From positions 1 to 64,000 of the forward strand of contig MCFE01000333.1 of NCBI GenBank assembly GCA_002104905.1: DNA of 64,000 nucleotides, given 5' to 3'. How positions within the stretch are numbered: the first letter of the stretch is position 1; each line of letters begins with the position of its first letter. This document shows positions 10,899 through 20,719 of the stretch, piece after piece. The notes beneath the pieces were generated by a model. That model saw only the letters and a program-made list of their open reading frames with translations, ran no database searches and was not told where the DNA came from. The translations under genes were made by a program, and so were the position numbers. This DNA comes from Basidiobolus meristosporus CBS 931.73. Lineage: Eukaryota; Fungi; Basidiobolomycota.

Positions 10899-11968
10899 TG
10901 TGGTAGTATTTAAGTCCAAGGGAGAGATACATCCAACACTTCTAAAGTGTTTTGTGTGCAGGGTATTCACTGGGTGCAATAACCTCTGGCAAAAGCTTGC
11001 TAGAAATATTTGGGTTCTGTCTCTAATCTGATGTGATGGGGAATAATGCCAAAAGCTTGCCAAGGGAAAACTGCTGAGCTACAATCCCCAACTTAGTTGG
11101 TGTCTTAACAAAAGTATGTGCTGGGTTCAGTGTCCTTTGAGATGACAATGTACTAAAGCTTCCAAAGTCAAAACAACTGTAAACTCCACCAGCAGGGACT
11201 TCATAAGAATGCAGCTGTGGTCAATAGTTACATACACAGAAAAGTATCTTTGCTTGTACAAGAATAAACTTGGGAAAGAATCAAATATAGTAAAAGATAC
11301 CTGCTCTGAGTATTCCTCACAAGTGGTGCCTCCAAGGTTAGTTGGCTGTCAGCATGGCTTCCTGGGAGTGTCCTGTGGTCTGTGGTTGGAAGTTCAGGTA
11401 GCCACAGGTAGCAGTGATCACACTAATCAGCAAGTTGGTATATTGATAAAAGGGATGATGATTTATTGTTGAGAGATAGCCTCCCTTACATACTTTTCTC
11501 ACCGGCTAAGTGATTACTAATCATGGTGTTTCAGAAGATTCTGGAGATCAATAGAAATCTTAATGACATCAGAATGAGCTAAGAGTATTCTAAGTAGGGG
11601 CCAGAAGGTGCTAGGAGGCACAGCACATCCAACCAATCAGAAATCAGTATATGAAGCCTGTGTAACATAGGGATACCATATATGGTATGAAAATGGCAGG
11701 GACGGTGATACAGGTTGGTCATGTGTCACAGGTACTGGTGCAGGTACTTTCCTAATATAGAAGCACTTACAGCTAGTAATCTTACATAAAGTGAGGGATA
11801 ACTTATACAAAAAGGTAAGCAGGTGTGATAGTCAACTGGCTTATGGGATAGTACTGACCAGGTAAGACAAATGGGATAAAACTAAAATAAGTGTAGTAGA
11901 GATATAGGGAAGTAGAAAATATGGGAATGAGCATATCTGTCAGTGGGTGTCACTGTGACCCCACTACA
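10899..11968 (+). repeat. Solo LTR, orphan family Z (1070 bp)
   Basis: Termini TGTGGTAG...CCACTACA with an exact 4-bp TSD GTGC on both sides. Colinear with 22617, 26979, 53254 and 63064. Confidence 0.85.
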
Positions 11969-13709
11969 GTGCAATCCTTAGTTGTTAAGATCAATCAGGT
12001 GCATTACTGTAGCTACCAGTAGGCAGGATTGCTCTTGGACAATTTTGCATCATGTAGAAAAATCTATCACACTATGGCACAATCTGACACTATGAGGTTG
12101 GCCTGGATGCTTGAGCTAACTTGTAGTGTTCAAGTCACATGCACAACTGGTTATTACTGTTATGGTAAATAAAATCTGGTATATGCATATGCTTCTTTAA
12201 TGCAAGTGGAAATGTGTAACACACTATAAACTACACTGATACTTACTATTTTGGTTACCATCACTTTAATTGGATGGCATGCCAGTGACTGATTGGCCTA
12301 AAAGTATGCTGAAGCTGTGAGCCCCCAATTAGCGCATTGCCTAATACACAAGCTACCTGATTTGTTATCAAATATCCCATTTTGCCCATTGGCCAAGTAA
12401 ATCCCTGATTTTTGTGATTTGACTAGGTATAGCTAGCATGCAACCAATTGTGTAGGTGCAAGACAGATCAAATAGCTGCACTGGTGTTACAGATGATAAT
12501 GAAGCTTGAATGGGAGACAACCTTCAAATTACCTATATTAAAAACATAGTGATCACTGGCATGCAATGGCTTGATTTGGATTGCAAAAAAATATGTGTTG
12601 TTGGGATCATGACAAATAATAGCAATTCAATGCCATTGCATCAGCTTCTCCTTGGTTTTTTTCTCACAGGAATTACTAATGAAGCATTTGGTAGTAGTTA
12701 TCTTTGCACAACTAAATTACCTCTATCTTGACTATCAGCGTGGCTACTTGTGTACTTGTATTCAGTATTTTGCCTCCAAGTTGATGAGTACAGTCCTGCA
12801 GCTTGGCCACACTGAATTGTTCCAGATTGTGCTACAGAGCTTGCCTGAAGTGCCACATACTCATGCATACTTTCACTTGCCAAAGGCTCCTATGGTGGAG
12901 GCACTTCCAGTGGGTCATGGTCAGTCAGTTCACCAAAAGTAACTTGCTGATGGTCAGGTGCAACAGCCTGCACAGGTGCAACTTGATGTGCTGGCATGCC
13001 CCTTGGCTGAGTTTGATGTGATGCCACTTGTTGATGCAGCTTGACCTGCTCTAATGGACTTGTGTTTAATTGAGCAGTTTGGCAAGTTCTGGTGGTTTGC
13101 TCTAAACTGCATGTGCTGATGCAATGCACATCAACTCAGTGCATGACATACTTGTACAGGGTGTTGGTGTAGACTGGGCTGACATGTGCCAGTATGCCAG
13201 TGTTGCAAGGGATGGTGAGGAATCCAATAGGGTGTGCTGGCACAATCCAGATGCATTGACCATGGTCTGTATTCTTGCTCTTCAAGCTTACTTTCTGATT
13301 CCTTGAGGTATTCATTTACCCTTTTTGTAATACTTTGGAGCTTTTGTCTTGATGTGCATATTGCTCTTGGAAGCCACTTAGCTCTTCTAATATATCATGC
13401 AGTAAAATAGTCATCTGAGGTAGAAACTACTTCAAAATTGCCTTGGTTACCAAAGCTGAGGCATGTACAGATGCCTCTAATGTGTACTGTGAAAATTGCA
13501 CACCAAATTGTTTGAGCACAGCTTTCTCATCAAATCCCTCACTCTAAGCTAGTTCTTGATTTCAATACTTGGCATATTATGTATCTTTGTACATACATCT
13601 GCTGGCCTCTTGATGTAGAACTCATGCCACAGCTTTTTACTCAAGTTCTTTCATATGTGTCAGCACTCTGAGAAATCCTGTTCTACTAGATTAGTGAGTA
13701 GTACCCAAA

Positions 13710-16700
13710 TATCTCTATGAGGGCTCAGCATAAACAGTTGGGACATGCTGGATTTGCTTATAGTATATAGTATAGTCAGCAATACTCCTTTTGAAACTCA
13801 AAGATTCCAGATAAGAATCTATCTTGCAGTTCCAGGTTTGAGGTGATTGTTTGAGATCATGTAGAGATCTTTTAAGCTTGCAGACCAAATGGGGTTTATC
13901 TTGGTCAACAAACCCATCAGGCAGGCTCATATACAGGTCCTCATCAAGTTCTCCATTCCAAAATGCAGATTTTACATCCATATGATATACAAAAAACTTA
14001 TATTTGGCTGCAATGCATATATCAATCTGATGGAATTAAACATAGCTACTAGTGAAAAGGTCTCAGTCTAGTCAAGCCCATTTACTTGAGAGTGTCCTTT
14101 GGCAACCAGTCTTGCTTTGTATCTTTCAATTGTACCATCAGCCTGGTATTTTGTCTTAAAAACCCATCAGCATTCAGTTGGTTTTTTGTTGATTGGTAAT
14201 TTGACTAAGTCCCAAGTCTGATTTTCCTTCCGGGCCTGATATTCCTCAGTCATTGCAGGTCTCCAAAACTTGGTCTGAGGGATATATATGGTCTATATTA
14301 CAGTATGGAGCTCATCAGAATGGACTGAATAGGCATAGGCTAAGTTTGAACCCTCATTGATATAGTAATTTTGGCTATTTCTTGTCTGATTGGATCTCTG
14401 GGTATTCAATATTGATATGATCACTTCTAGAATATTCCTGGGCACTGATTCAGGCTGAGCCATAGTTGTAGAGCTCTCTGGAGTGAAGAAGCTTACATTG
14501 TTTTGCTCTGATTTAATCCTGACTACTGGTGTACTTGGGATCAAATTTTGTCATCATCTAATGTCATTTTTTGTGAATATTTTGAATTTTCATAAAAAAA
14601 AACATTCTTGGACTTGCTCAGCTTCTTTACTTTGGTATTGTAGGGTCTGCATGCTTTACTCATATTGCAGTAGCCCAAAAATAGGTATTTTACACTTTTT
14701 GGCTAAATTTTGACTGATTTCCAGGCAGCTTCTTGGCATATGCTATACACCCAAATATTCCAATACATTCTGCACTTGATCAGTATCCATACCATGCATC
14801 AAATGGAGCGGAATCACAAAGTATTTTGTTATGACTCCTAATCCAAAGTTATACAGCTGTGGCAACTGATTCTGCCTAACAATCATAGGATAATTTCTGA
14901 TCATGGATCATTAATCTTGCCACATGATTTATTGATCTGTTTACATGTTCTGCTACTCCATTTTGCTGTGGGGAGTATGGTACAGTAGTCTCTTGCTTTA
15001 TCCCATCAATCTTGCAGAAGAGGATGAAGAGTTTTAAGATACATTCTCCATCATTGTCAGAGCATATTTTCTTGATTTTTCACCAGTTTCTCTCTCCACC
15101 ATAGCTTTAAGCTCCCCAAACTTAGACAGAGCTTCTCCTTTTCTCTCCATGAAGTAGACCCATGCTTATCTTGTAAAATCATCAATAATAATGACTAAAT
15201 ACCTCATCCTGCTTAAGGATAAATTTTGCATAGGTCCATTCAGATCCATGTGAGTACAACCAGTTTTTCTTAGTTTTGATTAACCCAGAGCTCTCATACA
15301 GCTGTCTGGCTTGTTTCCCACACATGCAGGCTTCACAGTGCTTCAAATTAGCTGGGGGATCAATTTTTACTCCATAATTGGCTGATCTTTGATCATTTTG
15401 TGCAAGTAATCAAAATTGATGTGTCCAAATCTCCTGTGCCAGAGCATTGGTGTTTCTTCATTTGAGTTACTTATATTGGCTTCCAGATATGATGGAATAT
15501 AAGTTAGCTTATACTGATTCTGATCTCTGATACCCAAGGCAATATGAGCCCCATTTTAATCAGTGATCCTGTAGCCAGAATTGTCAAAGCTAAAACTGAG
15601 TTCTTCTGCAGTGGCCTTGCTTACAGATAGTAGGTTCTTGGCTATTTCTGGTACATAAAGTACTCCTTTAAAGGTCAGTATATGGCTTCCTTCACTGCTT
15701 CTAAGGTTTACTTGGATGTTTCCTTTTCCCACAGCATTAAGTGTTCTATTGCCACCCATGAAACCCTCTTAATTGAATTTCTTGATATTGGGTAAAAAGT
15801 TCTTTTTGGTGTGTTAAGTGTTGAGATGCTCCAGAGTCAATATACCATACCTGAGAATCCTTGTTTGTGGTCATGCTTAGTGCCAATTTGGACAGTCTAT
15901 CTTCAGTTGTTGCTGCATTTCCATATTTAGGCTTTTCTGCTGACTGTCTCTCTTTCTGAAGCACTGGTATGACATGTGTCCTTTCCTTTGACAGTAGTTA
16001 CAAAACAGGTTGTTATTGCCTTTAAAAAGTCTTGGGTAACTTCTATGTTGGTTATCATTGATTATCAAAGCATTTTCTTCTTCCCTTGTATTGGCACTTG
16101 ATTCTCTTAATTCTTCATCCAGGAGCCTTCCTTATACATAATTTAAGGTCAGATATTCAGTTTTGGACTCTGGGGCTGATATAAGGACCTGAAACATGTC
16201 TGTCAGGTTATTCAGGATAGTAACAATTGTATCTTTATCAGTAGTTGGTATGCCCACATATTCCATCTCATCCACCAGCAGGATAACTCTGTTGAGTAGA
16301 TTTTCATTTCTTCTTCTGGCAGCATCTTTGTAGTAAAATAATCTTCTCTAAGAAAGATTTTCTTAGCATCTGAACATGACTGGTAGGTGTCTTCTAATGT
16401 CTTCCAGGTATTTTTGACTGTTTTTGCTCTTGAACATTGAATTAGCAATTTGTCTTTAACATTTAGGACAATGCAGTTAAAGGCACTTTGTTTTTTCTTC
16501 TTGGACTTTAAGGCTTCCTCTCCCACATCTTTAGGAGGGCATTCTTCTATGACAATATCCCAAAGGCCTCCTTCTTGTAGCAGTATCTTTGTATTCACCT
16601 TCCACACTTTGTAGTAAGATCCATCCAACTTTTCAGCGGAGGGAAAAATTCCAGTAATAGTGCTGGTAGACATTGCAGAGAGTGACAGCTTGGGGCTTAT

Positions 16701-17051
16701 AACCTGTTGTAAGAGTCTTGGAGATATTGGAAGTGATTGGGAGCACAAGTAAGTTATGTGGCTTTCACTTAATAATTTATTGAATGTAAAAGTAGTATTT
16801 ATACTTTTACATGGCCTTGGTGTTACATTCACATATAATAAGTTAGGGAAGGTTCCAAGAACATGTGTGCCAAGTTTGGGGCTGTCTGGACAACTTTAAA
16901 AATGTTCATGTTCTGAGCACCTGGTATTATGTGAAAATATTCAGAGTGAATTCCAACAAGGAATTTGGTCAGTATTTCTTATGATTTGAAGGTAATGATC
17001 CAAATGACTAAGTAGGTGAGTACTTAGATGGAATTACAAGCTTTTACAACA
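13710..17051 (-). mobile_element. Second copy of the copia family, 3'-truncated and degenerate
   Basis: 5' LTR 16705-17051, PBS GGTTATAAGCCCC, and gag, protease, integrase and partial RT colinear with 4780-8081. Many stops; RNase H and 3' LTR absent. Confidence 0.92.
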
Positions 17052-17149
17052 AAGTCTAATCACATCTATCCAATCATCTACCAATCCTAATATGACTTAT
17101 CCATCTGTATGGTATTTTCTGATCAATCCCATCACTACCATTAGATTTC

Positions 17150-17680
17150 ATTTTGACACATTAGAGGAGATCTATACCAAGTGCTGTGGACCATCTACCT
17201 CAATCTACTCAAGGAGATACCTTGTTAAGCTTCTATGATATTACAACAACTATTCCCCTATAAGGTCCCATCCCATCATTCATGGCAACAAAAGTTCTTG
17301 ATGCTTTCATTCCCAGCTGACAGTAATGGAAAACCACTTTGCAGAGGGTAGGAATGATTTAGAACAAGCTTGGAATACTGGGCTCAGAAGCTTCAATAGA
17401 CTTTCATATCCCAGAGTAATCAGCAATAGCTGCCATATGAGTAGTGTTTTGGATGCCTTCCCAATTAGGATCAACAGAACTTCTAGAGGGCAAAGGCGCT
17501 CTAATTATGGCAAATACAAGGCACACTGTGTGAAGTTTCAAGCACTGTCCAATATTGAGGGTAACATCATCTGGCTCAGTGGGCCACTTGCTCAAAGTTG
17601 GCATGAAAAAGCACTCTGGGTGGCGAATCACACAGAATTCAGTAGAGGGGAGAAATGTATAGCAGACTTAGCTTATATAA
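17150..17680 (+). pseudogene. PIF/Harbinger-like (DDE_Tnp_4 / IS5-like) transposase fragment
   Basis: VLDAFPIRINR...QRRSNYGKYKAHCVKFQALSNIEGNIIWLSGP...WHEK...GEKCIADLAY matches the D..PI.I.RP...YSG.KK.H..K.Q...G.I...SGP...HD...D.GY pattern of this family. Confidence 0.75.
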
Positions 17681-18160
17681 CAACAGAAACACTGTATGGT
17701 CTTTGAAGCTCAACAACAGTGCCCAAAGATAAAGCCTGCAGAAAAACCTATCATAGCATGGAAAGGAGAGACTATGATATTCATACACAAGTCTGCAAAT
17801 CAAACAACATTGAAAGTCTATGAAGCCATTGAGTGCAATGCTGAAGAGTGGGCTAATATTCAAGAGGCTGTTAGCAGTCTGGCAGAGCATCACCTTAAGG
17901 TTGGCATACCAAAGGGCCATCAGGAGCCTAAGGCCATGCAGAATGCGCTTGACCTATTCCTTCAGCATTATCCAGGACTCAAGCAAACAAACAGATTTTG
18001 GACCAGCATTAGTATGCAAACAAAGTATCTCAGGAATAGCAGAAACTGTTATTGGCAGAAGTACATGGGTGCCATGGATAAAAACATCAGCTTCCTGAAG
18101 AGCTTGTCACAAGCAGAGCTGAAAGCTCCTAACAAGCAGCAAACAAATGTCAGGTAGCCA
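17680..18160 (+). mobile_element. Accessory gene Y, central domain fragment
   Basis: ORF 17696-18157 (EAIECNAEEWANIQEAV...YPGLKQTNRFW...KYLRNSRN) is homologous to 19100-19500 (-) and 8300-8620 (-). Confidence 0.65.
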
Positions 18161-19790
18161 GAGGAGTACCAATAACCCAACAGCTTTATGCCACTGTTCA
18201 TTCACTAGTTCCCATACATCCTGGTTTTCAGTTGATAATGCAAGATCTAGCACCTCATCTGCCAGCTTTTGCAATAATTTCTTGTAATATTCAGGTGCAT
18301 TTTCTTGAGCACTGCTCTTGAAGAAGTGCTGCAACCTGTTGGCATGCCTATTAATGTTCCAAATTCCACTAAAGGCATTGCAATAATCTTTTGAGCTCTT
18401 GACATTGTAGCCTTGTCTGTCAGTGGGATCTCCACTCTGTCAACAATAGAGGATGTGGAGGCTGTGGTAGACAAATTGCCTTTCTCTGCAATCTCATATA
18501 CCTCACTGGAGTGTAACTCAACTGGCCGCACTTCCAGCTGTTATGAAAACAGCTACTTTCTTGTAAATAATTCTTCCTGGCTACAAGGAGAATTATTCAG
18601 TTCTGTGCTTATGGCATTTATTGGCAAGAGCTGCAACTTCTTTTGTACACTTCCCTGTCTCTGGCTTGGGTAGGCTTTTTTCCCTTTCCCACTTTCTTTA
18701 TGACCGCCAGGTCCTTCACTGCTACTTTGTCTGAGTGCTTCTTGTATTGAACTATGTTTTCTCTGTGATAAATGCTAATCTGATGCATCTGTTTTGGCTT
18801 GCTTGTCCCTTGCTGGCACTCTGCAGGCAACCTGATGCTTCTTTTCTGCTTGTTTCTAGCTCTCAGCCCATATTGTGACTGGCTCCTGAGGTAGCCTGTT
18901 GTTTTTGCCACTCCCAGGTCCATCACTGCTACTTTGACTGAGTGCGTCTTGAGTAGAACTACACTTTTCCTTGGTAAATATTGCACTGATGCATCTGTGT
19001 CTGCCTACGTTTCCCCAATTGGCACTCTTTCAGCTACCTGATGTCTCTTTGATACTTGCTTGAAGCTTTTGGCCCAGCTTGTAACAGGCTGTTGAGGAAA
19101 CCATTAGTTTTTAGCCATTGAACCCTTGTTCTTCTGCCTTTTATAGTTTCTGCTATTCTTGAGATACTTTCTTAGCATACAAATGCTGGCCCAAAATCTG
19201 TTTGCTTGTTTGAATCCAGGACACTGCTCATGGAGCAAGTCAGGCACATTCTGCGCAACTTTGAGTTCTTGATGGTCCCATGGTATGCTGGACTTGATAT
19301 ATTTGCATGCTACAATACTAATGGCTGCTTAAATATTAGCCCTTTCTTCAGCATTGCACTCAATGGCTTCACAGATTTATAAAGTCTTTTGATTTTTAGG
19401 CTTTGATATAAGACCTAAATTTCCTCCCTCCCATGCTGTGATAGGTTCTTCTGTGGGCTTTATTGTTTGGCACTGATGTTGTGCTTTAAAGACTGTATGA
19501 TATTTCTCTGCTGTTACATCTAGAAATTGCTCATTTCTTGGCGGTGACATTGAGCTACTCAAGTACCTTCTTTGCAGCAAAGATACTGCTTTCTTTACCT
19601 GGGATATTGACTGCCATACACTGTTGATCTGCTCATCCAGTTTTGGCACTATTTCCAGATTTCTCTGGGCCATTGCATCTATCCTATCAGCCACTGTGCC
19701 CAATTGCTTCATTAATGCTTTAGTATGAGCTGACTTTGCCATAGTTCAGTTTGTCTTTACCTTCTTATCTCCCTGCCCAAACTTCTCCTT
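18100..19790 (-). mobile_element. Most complete copy of accessory gene Y (degenerate, ~550 codons)
   Basis: Contiguous ORF pieces 19377-19742, 18618-18986, 18247-18531 and 18107-18334. Each piece recurs elsewhere in the window next to CACTA transposase fragments. Confidence 0.6.
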
Positions 19791-19844
19791 CTATATGTGA
19801 CACTATATAAAACAAGTAGTAGGGAGTAGATTTTGGCATCTCTA

Positions 19845-20285
19845 ATATTTACAAATCTAAATTGTAGTTACTGAATTAGAGAATTTATAAAATACAAATG
19901 CAATTGCACTATACAAAATCAACTGCAAGGTGCAAATTTTTATATCTTTAATATTTTACAAAGCTGGAGCATATTTACCAGATTGGGGAATTTATAAAGA
20001 TCCAAATTCACTGACACAATATATAATAAGTAACAAGAAGCAAATAATTGTATCTTTAACAATTTACAAAGTTGGGTTGCAGTTACCAGATTATTGAACT
20101 TTTAAAGATACACATTTTGTAGCACTATACAAAATAAGTAACAAGGAGCAAATAATTGTATTGGATTAGAGAATTTGTAAGATGCAAATACAGTGGCACT
20201 ATACAAATTCAACAACAGGATGCAAATTAGTGTATCTTTAACAATTCACAAAGTTGAGTTGTAGTTACCAAATTAAATAGATGAT
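19845..20285. repeat. Degenerate tandem repeat with ~108-bp period
   Basis: T(A/G)TATCTTTA at 19941, 20049 and 20231; GCACTATACAAA at 19906, 20122 and 20196. Spacings are 108, 216 and one shortened 74-bp unit. Confidence 0.75.
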
Positions 20286-20437
20286 AATATACAAATCTGC
20301 TGACCTTGTGCAAAAGTTGTTTCAAAAGTTTAAACCAAATGATTTGAGTAGGCTTAAATAATTCTGTAAAGACTTTTTTGCAAACTAAATTCGAAAACCA
20401 TGTTAAAATATTGAATATTAAAATTCAACTTTGAAAT

Positions 20438-20472
20438 TCAAATATCAAACATCAAATATCAAATATCAAAAT
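20438..20472 (+). repeat. Heptamer tandem repeat (TCAAATA)x5
   Basis: TCAAATA TCAAACA TCAAATA TCAAATA TCAAAAT. Confidence 0.8.
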
Positions 20473-20719
20473 TGTAAAAACTTTTTAAGTCACAAGAGGT
20501 TACTTAAGACTTCAAGTTTGGTTGGGAAAAAGTTTAAACCATATTAGTATCCAAGAAAAAACCTTTTAAACAAAGTTTACTCAGAGTTGAAAATAATAAA
20601 CAATCTAAAAAAGCTGTTACACAAGACATCTATATCAAAAAGTAGTTTGGAATAATTAATGTGTCGTGACAAGCATACTCATCTTGTAACTTATACAGTT
20701 TGTGTTTGTTCTAATTTTT

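Noticed and set aside
12890-13200. Possible gypsy RNase H remnant (VYTNTLYKYVM similar to VYTDH..LKY)
   Set aside because: No supporting upstream D/E catalytic motifs; the match is too weak.
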